DNA of 64,000 bases from Bythopirellula sp. (GTDB lineage: Bacteria; Planctomycetota; Planctomycetia; Pirellulales; Lacipirellulaceae). Below, one piece after another: positions 45,907-55,541 of this stretch. Within the stretch, counting starts at the first letter, position 1, and each line of letters starts with the position of its first letter. The stretch is taken from assembly GCA_965216565.1 (NCBI GenBank), contig OZ244170.1, positions 4,800,001 to 4,864,000 on the forward strand, written 5' to 3'. The position numbers were made by a program, and so were the translations under genes. The notes beneath the pieces were generated by a model. It ran no database searches. It worked only from the letters and a program-made list of their open reading frames with translations, and was not told the origin of the DNA.

Positions 45907-48111
45907 CTATTCTGTCTCCAGACTGCTTTGGAGTTGACGATATTCCCCCGACAGCCAACGCTCCAGGTCGGTGCGATACCAGCGCGAGAAACGGCTTTCG
46001 CTGGCTCCGCCGGGCAGGTTGGTCCAGGCTTCGTCCTTCGCCATGTCGGTAACAAAGTGATAACTCGGGGCGAAGCTTGATTCCCGAGTTGCCGTGGTTA
46101 ATAGATGCCCTTGGAACGGAGTTGCTTGGCAGCCGGGCATGCCTTTCTTTGACGAATGAAATCCTAAGAGTCGTCCTACTCCAGCTTTCTCAAAAAACCG
46201 GTTGGCGAAGTGAAAGGAATTTGTCTCGCCCCAAGGTACCGATTCCTCCTCGGCGGCGCGCTCCGCTGCCTTGTGTATCATCTCTCCCTTGTTACGTTCT
46301 TGCCACCAACCTGACTCGTCTTTCAGCAACAACCGATCGAGGGCTTCGAGGACCATCGATGAGTATCCCAAGCGGGTACAAAGGTAAAACATTCGCCGCC
46401 AGCCAATACCTTCCTTATGCCCAAACACTTCCAGCAGTACGTGTTTATAAAGCTGCTGAAACATTGTGGCGGCGTGGCTATCGACCGTGTAGCGACAATC
46501 CCACTCCGAGAGCAAGTCGCGCAACGCTCCCTCAGGCATATGAGGGAGAAAAACGGGTAGCAGCAGTCGCGCCTGGATACTGGTAACGTCGTATTGTAGG
46601 CCCTGCATGTCCTCGACAGTGGCCTGGTGCATTTCGTGCAAGCGCTCGGCGATCCGCCATTTGCGATAGCCTGGTAGTCCGTGGCAATGGATAAGCTGCT
46701 CGTCGGCTCGATCGAGACTTTCGTTAGCGCTGCATAGATAGCCCTCTGGGGGATCGTAAAGGCTCGGCAAGCTTTCCGAAGGCTGCCTGCCCTGCCAATG
46801 ATAGTCCATCTCCCAAGCAGGTGTTGGCAATAGGCCCGACTCGTTTTCGGCGCGTCGAGGCAACCACCCACTGGCCTGTCGACCGATGTGTCCTTGGTCG
46901 TCGGCAAACACCCACACTAGCGTCGGATGAGGGTTGTCGCGCACTACATCCATCGCTTCCCGCGTGCTTTGGCTCTTGATTACGTCGAGCCAACAGCCCA
47001 GTGATCGGCCGGCACCTTCATCGCTGCCAATCCATTTTGCCGAGAGGTACTTGCCCGGTTCGTGACCTGTGAGGTCCGTCCGCATGGTGCCTTGTGGATT
47101 CTCGTACACGTGCATTACTTCCGACTTGGCTGATTTGCAGAGAATTTCTTCTTCTCGCACTTCAAAGTCATGCCACTCAGAGCCGCGCCGATATTGCCAG
47201 GAACCCTCCTCCGCCCTTCGGCAATCCTCAACAAAGTAATCGCTTGTGTCTGCATGGAGGTAGGTAACACCCCAAGAGAGTTTCGCCGTGCGACCGACTG
47301 CCAGCAGCGGGCAACCTGGGAGTGTAGCGCCCATGGCATACTTGCCTTCACCCCAGTTCAGCACCACCTCGTACCAAATCGCAGGAAGTCGGTTGACCTC
47401 CAAATGCGGATCGGACGCCAACAGCGGTTGTCCGCTGGCGCTACGACGTGGACCGACTGCCCACGCATTGCTGCCAGCCAAACGTGGTAGGTCCGCCAGC
47501 ATTTCTAATGCATCGTCGGAGAGTTGCCGTTCGAAGTTAATTTCTCGCAGCGGTGCAAAATCGATATCGTCCAAGTACGGCGTCATCAATTCTCGCAACA
47601 ACTCGTCGCGGACACTGCTTTGTACCAACTCGAGCATGATGCGTTCGTTTTCTTGGGCCGCCACCGCCAAGCCGGCAAAACTCAGTAGATTTCCGATTGA
47701 AAGAACAGCTTCGGGGTTCCAAGGTCGCGGGTGAAATCCGGTGACCCACATCGTGAGCGAACGACCAGCAGCTTGAAGTCCATCGTTAACGCCTTCGCAG
47801 TAGTGCTCGAGTTGCTTGCGTGTGCTCTCGCGCAAATTGCCAACTTCGTGTTCTAGATTCTGGTGCAAACCCGCGCGGCGGAAAAATCGGTCAGTCTCGA
47901 CCAATTCGGGTTTGTTGGCTATCCGCTCCGCAGCCTGTCCCATAGCGACCGTCCTGGCGAAGAAGATCTGGGTCGGTCGATCTAGGGCGTGCAAGTAACC
48001 TAGGGCATACAGAGCGTCTTCCCAGCAGTCGGCAGATACATGGGGCGTCCCTCCCGCATCGCGTACCGCCTGAAAATTCACCGGCGCACTGCTCGTATCG
48101 ATTGATTCCAT
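45907..48111 (-). CDS. Penicillin acylase family (Ntn hydrolase, S45)
   Basis: RDAGGTPHV, GYLHALDR, GSNAWAV nucleophile site, ASDPHL and SAN motifs; ATG 48111 follows an AGGAAG. Confidence 0.92.
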   Translation of the reverse strand: MESIDTSSAPVNFQAVRDAGGTPHVSADCWEDALYALGYLHALDRPTQIFFARTVAMGQAAERIANKPELVETDRFFRRAGLHQNLEHEVGNLRESTRKQLEHYCEGVNDGLQAAGRSLTMWVTGFHPRPWNPEAVLSIGNLLSFAGLAVAAQENERIMLELVQSSVRDELLRELMTPYLDDIDFAPLREINFERQLSDDALEMLADLPRLAGSNAWAVGPRRSASGQPLLASDPHLEVNRLPAIWYEVVLNWGEGKYAMGATLPGCPLLAVGRTAKLSWGVTYLHADTSDYFVEDCRRAEEGSWQYRRGSEWHDFEVREEEILCKSAKSEVMHVYENPQGTMRTDLTGHEPGKYLSAKWIGSDEGAGRSLGCWLDVIKSQSTREAMDVVRDNPHPTLVWVFADDQGHIGRQASGWLPRRAENESGLLPTPAWEMDYHWQGRQPSESLPSLYDPPEGYLCSANESLDRADEQLIHCHGLPGYRKWRIAERLHEMHQATVEDMQGLQYDVTSIQARLLLPVFLPHMPEGALRDLLSEWDCRYTVDSHAATMFQQLYKHVLLEVFGHKEGIGWRRMFYLCTRLGYSSMVLEALDRLLLKDESGWWQERNKGEMIHKAAERAAEEESVPWGETNSFHFANRFFEKAGVGRLLGFHSSKKGMPGCQATPFQGHLLTTATRESSFAPSYHFVTDMAKDEAWTNLPGGASESRFSRWYRTDLERWLSGEYRQLQSSLETE

Positions 48112-48186
48112 CTTCCTGAGTGTAGGCAACTGGCCGTCATGTGCAACGTGCAATTCAAGTCTACAGGCGGCGCAAGAAACTGAGCT

Positions 48187-48195
48187 TGCTACAAT
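48187..48195 (+). promoter_or_regulatory. Extended -10 promoter candidate for the ABC operon
   Basis: TGCTACAAT (TGn-TACAAT) about 45 bp upstream of the permease gene. Confidence 0.45.
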
Positions 48196-48238
48196 AATCT
48201 CGCACTTCGCTGTCATTGTCCTCCACACAAAAGCCGAG

Positions 48239-49198
48239 TTGCCGGTGAGTCGATCCCATATTGCCCTGCGACAAACCCCATTGGGAACCGGGTTGTTGAT
48301 GATCGCGCCCTGGCTAGTCGGCTTTTCGGTGCTGGTGGTCTATCCCTTTGCTGCCTCGCTGTATTGGAGTTTCTGTCGCTACGATTTGCTCGGCGAGCCA
48401 CGCTGGGTGGGACTGGCCAACTATCGACGGCTGGCGAGCGAAATCGTCGATGGCGGGCCCTTCGCCTGGGCGTTAGGAAATACACTGTACTATGCACTGC
48501 TGAGCGTTGGGCTCTCCGTCGTGCTCGGGATTACTCTAGCCGTGATCCTCTCTTGGGAGGTTCGCGGTCGGAGCGTATTCCGGACGCTTTGCTTTCTACC
48601 CTCAATCGTCCCTACCGTGGCCGCGGCTGTATTGTGGATGTGGCTCCTGGATCCGCAGCAGGGTCTTGTGAACGGGGTGTTCGAATCGCTGAACTTACCC
48701 GGCCAAGGATGGTTCCAGAGCACCAGCGCTGCGATTTGGCTTCCTGAATGGCCTGCCGACCATGCAGGGCGCATCTTCGGTTCGAAGGATGGTCTGGTGC
48801 TGATGAGTCTGTGGGGGATCGGCAACCTGCTTATCATCTATCTCGCCGCGATCGGCGACATCCCTCATCAACTTTATGAGGCTGCCGAAATCGATGGTGC
48901 GCGGCGCTTCAGACAATTTTGGCACGTGACGCTGCCAATGTTGACTCCGGTGATCTTCTTCAATGTGGTCATGGGGCTCATTCAGTCGGTGCAGGCCTTC
49001 ACTCAAATCTATCTAGTCAGCGATGGCCAGGGTGATCCTGCTGGTTCGACGTTGACGTTGTCGTTGCATTTATTCCTCGCCGCGTTCAAAGACTTGGAGA
49101 TGGGCTACACCTCGGCGATGGCCTGGGTGTTGTTCGTCCTGGTGATGTTGGTAACTATTTGGTTATTCCGCACCTCAAAACACTGGGTGCATCAGTAA
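48239..49198 (+). CDS. Carbohydrate ABC transporter permease
   Basis: WVGLANY and EAA loop LYEAAEIDGA...FWHVTLP. Confidence 0.93.
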   Translation: MPVSRSHIALRQTPLGTGLLMIAPWLVGFSVLVVYPFAASLYWSFCRYDLLGEPRWVGLANYRRLASEIVDGGPFAWALGNTLYYALLSVGLSVVLGITLAVILSWEVRGRSVFRTLCFLPSIVPTVAAAVLWMWLLDPQQGLVNGVFESLNLPGQGWFQSTSAAIWLPEWPADHAGRIFGSKDGLVLMSLWGIGNLLIIYLAAIGDIPHQLYEAAEIDGARRFRQFWHVTLPMLTPVIFFNVVMGLIQSVQAFTQIYLVSDGQGDPAGSTLTLSLHLFLAAFKDLEMGYTSAMAWVLFVLVMLVTIWLFRTSKHWVHQ

Positions 49199-50635
49199 AT
49201 GAAGACTGACAGTGGAAAAACTCCTGAGCCGACGGCGCTAGCCGCGGGTCCTTTAGTGTCAGGATTGTCACCGATACAACCTGCGGCTAGAGCCGTCGGT
49301 TCAATACTCAAGGCCAATGTTCTTCCCACGATTGTTCTCATGCTATTCGTTTTCAGTGCAGGTTGCGGACAGCAAGCCGTTAACGAGCGAGAAGAGGTTC
49401 TGTTCTGGCACTTCTGGGGTGGCCGCGATCGGCCGATTGTGGAGCGAATCGTCGATGACTTCAATTCGTCGCAAGACAAGTATGTGGTCCGTGCGATTGC
49501 CATGCCAGGATCGAATCTTGATTTGAAATTCTTCCTCAGCGTCGCTGGTGGTGATCCACCCGACTTACTGAATCACGATGATCCAGTGGTCGCCGACTGG
49601 GCCCATCGCGGTGTACTGACGCCATTGGACGAAATCGCAAACAAAGCTGACATTGCTGAGCTTGAAGAATGGCTTTACCCAGCGGCGCGTGAACTGGGAA
49701 CCTACGAGGGACGGCTCTACGCACTATGCAACGGGCTCGATATTCGAGCACTTTACTGCAATCAGACATTGCTCGATGAGCACGGCTTGAGTTTGCCGGA
49801 GAGTACCGAAGACTTGGATCGCATCGCCGAGACAATTGCGCCGGCCGATGGTACGACAAATCGCAAGCGGATGGGTTATCTGCCCGATCCGAGGCGAATT
49901 TGGGCCTGGGCTATTGTCTTCGGCGGAGGCTTTGCCGATCTTGATTCCAAGGATCCTCAGGCGATGGTAACTGCCGAGCATGACAAAAACGTAGCGGCGC
50001 TGGAGTGGATGGCGAGCTACAGCGAACGCTACGGGCCGAGCGAACTGGCGGCGTTTCGCTCCGGCGAACAAGCACTCACGGGATCGCGATTTCCGCTTTT
50101 AGCGGACCGCCGTTACGCGGTAGTGATGGACGGTCAGTGGCGTGTGCGAGACATAGCGGCAGCGGCCGATGAAGACTCGGACCAGTTTGCGGTCGTTCCG
50201 CTGCCACCGCCGCCTGGGGGCCTTGAGAACGCCGGCTGGGTGAATGGCAACTTCTTTGTGGTCCCCCGGCAAGCTCGTCAGAAACAAGGGGCCTGGGAAT
50301 TTATGAAGTTCTGGACAGGTTTTCAAGCGGGCGAGGCGCGTGCCGCCGAAGCCTGTGCGGAAGGAGGTTGGATCCCGGCTTCCAAGAACGTCGTTGAGCA
50401 TGATGCTTATCAACAGGCAATTAAGAAATGGCCCCTGCTTGAGACGTTTGTCGAACTTGCTGAGAGCACAAACCAAAAACCGGTGCCATCGCTGCCAGTG
50501 GCTTCGCTCTATTATCAAGAGGTGATTGATGCTGCACAGTCAGTCATGTATCGCGGGGCGGATGCCCAGGAATCGCTATCACGAGCGGCAGCTCGCACCC
50601 GCGCTCGATTGCGGGAGGTACTAGATGAGCCGTAA
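49199..50635 (+). CDS. ABC transporter sugar-binding lipoprotein (SBP_bac_1/8)
   Basis: FSAGC lipobox, AGGDPPD, LYCN, MDGQW and AWEFMKF motifs; real start probably further downstream. Confidence 0.88.
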   Translation: MKTDSGKTPEPTALAAGPLVSGLSPIQPAARAVGSILKANVLPTIVLMLFVFSAGCGQQAVNEREEVLFWHFWGGRDRPIVERIVDDFNSSQDKYVVRAIAMPGSNLDLKFFLSVAGGDPPDLLNHDDPVVADWAHRGVLTPLDEIANKADIAELEEWLYPAARELGTYEGRLYALCNGLDIRALYCNQTLLDEHGLSLPESTEDLDRIAETIAPADGTTNRKRMGYLPDPRRIWAWAIVFGGGFADLDSKDPQAMVTAEHDKNVAALEWMASYSERYGPSELAAFRSGEQALTGSRFPLLADRRYAVVMDGQWRVRDIAAAADEDSDQFAVVPLPPPPGGLENAGWVNGNFFVVPRQARQKQGAWEFMKFWTGFQAGEARAAEACAEGGWIPASKNVVEHDAYQQAIKKWPLLETFVELAESTNQKPVPSLPVASLYYQEVIDAAQSVMYRGADAQESLSRAAARTRARLREVLDEP

Positions 50636-51449
50636 GCTGCCTCCGCAAACCGCGTACGTATGGCTGACCCTGACAGCGGGGCTGATGATCGTTCCGCTGC
50701 TCTGGATGGTGCTCACATCGCTCAAAAGCAGTCAGCAAATCGCTGCGGAACCGTTCGCTTGGTGGCCCGAGCCTTGGCAGTGGCAAAACTATGTACGGGC
50801 CACGACGGAGATTCCGTTTCTGCGCTACTTAGGAAATTCACTTCTACTGTGTGCGGGAAGTGTCGTTGGGACAGTGGTGTCCTGCTCGCTGGTGGCTTAC
50901 GGTTTCGCCCAACTGAGATGGCCGGGGCGCGATCTGTTGTTTGCTGTGCTAATTGCCACGATGCTATTGCCCTGGCAAGTAACGATGGTGCCGCGGTTTC
51001 TAATTATTCGTGAACTTGGTTTGTACGACTCTTTGTGGGCATTGATTTTGCCGAAGTTTCTCGGAGAAGCATTTTACATTTTCCTGCTCCGCCAGTTCTT
51101 TTTGACGATTCCAAAAGAGATGATCGATGCCGCACGGGTCGACGGGTGTTCGGAACTGGGGGTCTTAGTCCGAGTGGTGCTGCCACTAGCCCGCCCTGCC
51201 CTGGCCACGGTTGCACTCATTGAATTTATCGCAGCCTGGAATGACTACGGCGGGCCCCTGCTTTACCTGAACGATCCCGAGAGATTCCCGCTGGCCTATG
51301 GCCTGGAACAGTTTGTGAGTTCTCACTCAAGCGAGATGAATCTCCTGCTGGCGGCGGCGACGTTGTTCACACTACCTGTCGTAGTGCTGTTCTTTTTAGC
51401 GCAACGAACGTTTGTGCGCGGAATCGCTACGACGGGGCTCAAGGGATGA
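50625..51449 (+). CDS. Carbohydrate ABC transporter permease
   Basis: FLLRQFF, IDAARVDG EAA loop, WNDY, and C-terminal TTGLKG. Confidence 0.93.
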   Translation: MSRKLPPQTAYVWLTLTAGLMIVPLLWMVLTSLKSSQQIAAEPFAWWPEPWQWQNYVRATTEIPFLRYLGNSLLLCAGSVVGTVVSCSLVAYGFAQLRWPGRDLLFAVLIATMLLPWQVTMVPRFLIIRELGLYDSLWALILPKFLGEAFYIFLLRQFFLTIPKEMIDAARVDGCSELGVLVRVVLPLARPALATVALIEFIAAWNDYGGPLLYLNDPERFPLAYGLEQFVSSHSSEMNLLLAAATLFTLPVVVLFFLAQRTFVRGIATTGLKG

Positions 51450-51620
51450 ATATGAGACCGCACAGCGCACCCAACCTCTGGTTAGAAAGCGCGAGGAGCG
51501 AAAGAGAGAGACTAGCGAAAAGACGCTTACTTCTTGCGATGACGAATTTTGGCACGCATGCGGCGCTTTTTGCGTCCCACTTTGCGGCGACCTTTACCTG
51601 TTTTCTTAGTACCCAATTGT

Positions 51621-51848
51621 TACTCCAAATGTGTTATAGAACCAGCGCTGCCCACGTCCACTAGGCCAGGGGCGAGAATCAGATGTAGCCCTATAGTTTA
51701 CCAGTTAATGGCCATATGTCGCAAGCGGTTATAGGGCCGAACTTTAGGGAGATCCTGGCCTGTGAGCTCATTTTTGGAGTATGGCGACACGATGACAAAG
51801 TGACGTCCCCGTCTGGCTATTGCTTGTATCAAACGGCGGGTGTCGCCA
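51621..51848. ncRNA. Candidate structured non-coding RNA or leader (unassigned)
   Basis: Three nested perfect 8-9-bp inverted repeats plus an adjacent 9-bp stem in a 490-bp intergenic region. Confidence 0.3.
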
Positions 51849-51942
51849 GGACGATTGCTTGTGCTTATTATTTGCTTATGGAAAAGCCTGATACCTCAGA
51901 GAGCCAACCTCGAACTGTAAACGGGAGTGAGACAAACAACCG

Positions 51943-53337
51943 ATGAGTAGCCGCTGGTCTAGACGCGAATTCTTACAAGGCTCGGTTTCTGTTGCTGCCA
52001 GTTTCTGTGCTCTGCAGCAATCCATGAACCGTGGAGCACTGGCACATAGTGCGGCCCCACAGAGTTCAAAATACGGCTCCTTGGTCGCGGACCCCAAAGG
52101 TATTCTTGATCTGCCGAAGGGATTCTCTTACCGGATCATTGCCAAAGGCGGAGAGGCGATGGACGACGGTTATCAGATACCCGGGAAACCAGATGGTATG
52201 GCCACCTTCGCAGGCCCCGATGGCACAACCTTGATTGTCATGAATCACGAAATGTTGCCTATCCAGGAGCCTGGGCCTTTCGGCGACGATCACTGTCTAT
52301 TGAAGAACGAAGACAAATCGAAATTGTACGACCAGGGACCCGTCCCTCATCGGGGTGGCACGACGACCCTAGTTTACGACACCAAACAACAGAAAAAACT
52401 CCGGCACTACCTCAGCCTGGCAGGTACAACACGCAACTGCGCGGGGGGGCCAACACCCTGGAACTCTTGGATCACTTGCGAAGAGACTGTCATCACCACA
52501 GGCAACAAGGTCGACTACAACACAGGCAAGAAGTATTCCTGCCAGCAGGATCATGGTTTCAACTTCGAGGTTCCTGCTCAGGCTGAGCCCGAACTGTTCG
52601 AAGCCGTTCCATTGAAGGACATGGGCCGATTCAATCACGAAGCTGTAGCCGTCGACCCGCGGACGGGGATTGTCTATCAAACCGAAGATCGCGACAACGG
52701 GCTCATCTATCGGTTCATCCCCAATACGCCCGGCAAATTGGTCGAAGGCGGTCGGTTGCAAGCTCTGTGTGTAGCCGAGATGAAGCCGATCGACACACGC
52801 AATTGGAGTAAACAACATTTTGCTGTTGGTGAGTCGCATGGGGTCGAGTGGATGGACATGCAAGATGTCCTTTCGCCGAACGACGACTTGCGACTTCGGG
52901 GATTTAAAGCGGGGGCCGCGAAATTTGCCCGTGGTGAGGGTATGTGGTACAGCGAGGGACAAATTTTCTTCGCTTGCACCAACGGAGGGAAAAACAAGAC
53001 AGGCCAAATCTGGCGTTATGTGCCGGACGAAAAAGATAACAATTCCGGGCAGCTTGAACTTTTTATCGAACCCAACGATTCGGCACTGCTGGAAGCGGCA
53101 GATAATCTGACGATGGCCCCTTGGGGTGATTTGATCACATGCGAAGATCGCAGTGGCGAAGTCGTTCGCCTCATTGGCGTCACCATGGACGGCCAGCTTT
53201 ACACTTTTGCCGCCAACCACGTAGGGGGGGAATTTGCAGGAGTGACCTTTTCGCCGGATGGATCGACCTTGTTCGTAAACTTGCAGCACCGAAACTTGTC
53301 GGTCGCCATCACGGGTCCCTGGCTCAAGTCGGCCTAG
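51943..53337 (+). CDS. phoX: PhoX (DUF839) alkaline phosphatase, Tat-exported
   Basis: SRREFL Tat signal; PDGM, NHE, RNCAGG.TPW..W.TCEE, GRFNHEA, TED, RGEG, DN, CED and EFAG motifs. Confidence 0.9.
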   Translation: MSSRWSRREFLQGSVSVAASFCALQQSMNRGALAHSAAPQSSKYGSLVADPKGILDLPKGFSYRIIAKGGEAMDDGYQIPGKPDGMATFAGPDGTTLIVMNHEMLPIQEPGPFGDDHCLLKNEDKSKLYDQGPVPHRGGTTTLVYDTKQQKKLRHYLSLAGTTRNCAGGPTPWNSWITCEETVITTGNKVDYNTGKKYSCQQDHGFNFEVPAQAEPELFEAVPLKDMGRFNHEAVAVDPRTGIVYQTEDRDNGLIYRFIPNTPGKLVEGGRLQALCVAEMKPIDTRNWSKQHFAVGESHGVEWMDMQDVLSPNDDLRLRGFKAGAAKFARGEGMWYSEGQIFFACTNGGKNKTGQIWRYVPDEKDNNSGQLELFIEPNDSALLEAADNLTMAPWGDLITCEDRSGEVVRLIGVTMDGQLYTFAANHVGGEFAGVTFSPDGSTLFVNLQHRNLSVAITGPWLKSA

Positions 53338-53447
53338 GCCGAATTCTCGCTGATATTTATCTGGTTCGTATTCCCGCGTACATTCTACAATGACGTGCGC
53401 GCGTATCATTCTCGCTTTCAGCATCACAGCCATCATCAGCAAGGGGA

Positions 53448-54200
53448 ATGGGTATGAGTCTCAACGAGCAACAAGAACAGATGTGCAGTGAAAGCAAATG
53501 GGATTTTTCTGATCTCAGCGCTTTGTTTCTGAATTGCACGCTTAAGAAGTCGCCAGAAACTTCACATACCCGCGGGCTAATCGATATCGCTCAAGCGATT
53601 ATGGAAAAGAACTCGGTAGCGGTCGAAGTTATACGACCCGTTGATCACAAGATTGCCTTCGGTGTTTATCCGGACATGACGGAGCAGGGCTGGGACACAG
53701 ACGAATGGCCCGCGATTTACGAAAAAGTCAAAGCGGCGGATATACTGATCATTACTTCACCGATTTGGCTGGGTGAGAAGTCCTCGGTTTGCACCCAGGT
53801 CATCGAGCGGCTCTACTCCAGTTCAGGCGATCTAAATGACCAGGGGCAGTATGCCTATTATGGTCGCGTGGGTGGCTGCTTGATTACGGGCAACGAGGAC
53901 GGGGCGAAGCATTGCTCGATGAACATCTTGTATTCGCTGCAACATTTGGGCTACGTGATTCCACCCCAGGCCGATGCGGCTTGGCTGGGCGAAGCGGGGC
54001 CTGGCCCATCGTATTTGGACCCGGGCTCCGGTGGTCCGGAAAATGAGTTCACCAATCGCAACACGACGTTCATGACTTGGAACTTGATGCACCTGGCACG
54101 CATGATCAAAGACGCCGGCGGCATCCCTGCCCACGGCAATCAACGTTCTGCGTGGGAAGCGGGTTGCCGGTTCGATTATCCTAATCCTGAGTATCGCTGA
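53448..54200 (+). CDS. Flavodoxin-fold protein (NADPH-dependent FMN reductase family)
   Basis: NCTLK...SHT, SPIWLG and TGNEDG motifs. Confidence 0.85.
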   Translation: MGMSLNEQQEQMCSESKWDFSDLSALFLNCTLKKSPETSHTRGLIDIAQAIMEKNSVAVEVIRPVDHKIAFGVYPDMTEQGWDTDEWPAIYEKVKAADILIITSPIWLGEKSSVCTQVIERLYSSSGDLNDQGQYAYYGRVGGCLITGNEDGAKHCSMNILYSLQHLGYVIPPQADAAWLGEAGPGPSYLDPGSGGPENEFTNRNTTFMTWNLMHLARMIKDAGGIPAHGNQRSAWEAGCRFDYPNPEYR

Positions 54201-54348
54201 GCTCATTTATCGTTGCCTGTCAAACAGGACTGCCAGCGTTGCTAGCTACAGAAATCGAGCATGAAGCAACGTCGAATCTAAAGTACTAGCCAATCACTGG
54301 CCGATTCCGAAAGAGGTACCTTTCTATTTCTCACCCTTATAACCGACC

Positions 54349-54918
54349 ATGTGGCATGAATTGATGGCCGACGCGATTCCTAGAAAGCGCAACGCACGTC
54401 GTCATACCATGGACCGCGTCAGCGGTGGGTTGGTGAATGCCATTCTTGGGGCTCTCATTCTGTGGGTCGGCCAAACCACGTTTCGCCACGCCGGGCAGCT
54501 TGCTAGTGTCAATCAGCAGTTCGACGGAGTGGGGCATCAGATCGAGGCGGTCGACAAACGCCATGAATCGTTACGATTGCAGGTAGAGGGAATCGTTGGC
54601 CATGTCTCCGAAAAGACTCGCTCTCGATTCACTCGCGAAGATGGCGACAAAATCGAGAACGAAGTCAAGGAAATCGGTACGTCACTCACTATCTTCGAGC
54701 GTCAAATGCTCGAACGGCTTACCAGCGTGCAATTGAAGATTATTGCGTTGGAAACTCGCGACACGAGTTCCCAGGAAGTAGCCATGTTGCGGTCGGAGGT
54801 CGATCGCCTGCGTGCCTATTTGGCCAGTCGGCAAGAGGTCGATACGCGATACGCTCAGCCATTGAACTCAAGTGCGTCGGCAATTCCTGTGCATTTGCCG
54901 CCGACGACTTATAAGTGA
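54349..54918 (+). CDS. Hypothetical single-TM coiled-coil protein
   Basis: 189-aa ORF filling the gap; one hydrophobic helix followed by heptad repeats; start uncertain. Confidence 0.65.
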   Translation: MWHELMADAIPRKRNARRHTMDRVSGGLVNAILGALILWVGQTTFRHAGQLASVNQQFDGVGHQIEAVDKRHESLRLQVEGIVGHVSEKTRSRFTREDGDKIENEVKEIGTSLTIFERQMLERLTSVQLKIIALETRDTSSQEVAMLRSEVDRLRAYLASRQEVDTRYAQPLNSSASAIPVHLPPTTYK

Positions 54919-54927
54919 GATTCTTGG

Positions 54928-55518
54928 CTATCCCTCTCTGGTCATCTTTATGAGAGTTTTTGCTAGGTTCTCGCCTAGTGCTTCGACCTGCTCTCGCGTT
55001 TTCTCATCTTTCAATTGACCTTCATCATCAAACGCTTCGTGTGCTTTCGAGAGTGCGTGTTGTTGGGGAAGCACCATCACGCCGATGTTCTGAAGAATCG
55101 CCCGCAGGTGCACCAGCCCGCGAAGTCCGCCCAAACCGCCAGGGGACGCAGCCATGAGCGCGGCGAGCTTGTTTTGATAGGCGGCCAATCTGCCTTCGCC
55201 CTCGGCGGGGCGCGAGACCCAGTCGATCGTATTCTTCAACAGCGGTGTGATCGAACTGTTGTACTCTGGCGAGGCGATAAGCAAGCCGTCGTGATCGAGG
55301 AATACCTGCTTCAACTCCAACACTTTCTCTGGCAGGCCTTCGTCTTCTTCCAGATCGCCATTGTAGAGCGGTAGGGGATAGTCGGCTAAATCAAGCAGAG
55401 TTACCTCGGCACCCGCACGCTCTGCGGCCGACGCTGCAACATGGATCATTTTTTTGTTCACCGAGTCTCTGCGAGTACTTCCCGAGAAGGCGAGAATACG
55501 TGGTTTTCCGTCAGACAT
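54928..55518 (-). CDS. NAD(P)H-dependent FMN reductase (ChrR/SsuE-like)
   Basis: FSGSTRRDSVN, SPEYN, LKNTIDW and SPGGLGG motifs. Confidence 0.93.
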   Translation of the reverse strand: MSDGKPRILAFSGSTRRDSVNKKMIHVAASAAERAGAEVTLLDLADYPLPLYNGDLEEDEGLPEKVLELKQVFLDHDGLLIASPEYNSSITPLLKNTIDWVSRPAEGEGRLAAYQNKLAALMAASPGGLGGLRGLVHLRAILQNIGVMVLPQQHALSKAHEAFDDEGQLKDEKTREQVEALGENLAKTLIKMTREG

Positions 55519-55541
55519 AACTGATTTACCTCAATTGACCT

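Noticed and set aside
51549..51564. Sigma-54-like TTGGCACG-N4-CGGC
   Set aside because: The -12 element is poor (CGGC vs TTGC) and it is nearly 400 bp from the next start codon
51792..51804. Possible Pho box upstream of phoX (ATGAC...GTGAC)
   Set aside because: Period is 8 bp, not the 11 bp required for PhoB boxes
52369..53442. 357-aa minus-strand ORF
   Set aside because: Almost entirely antisense to phoX, with no recognisable motifs; a shadow ORF
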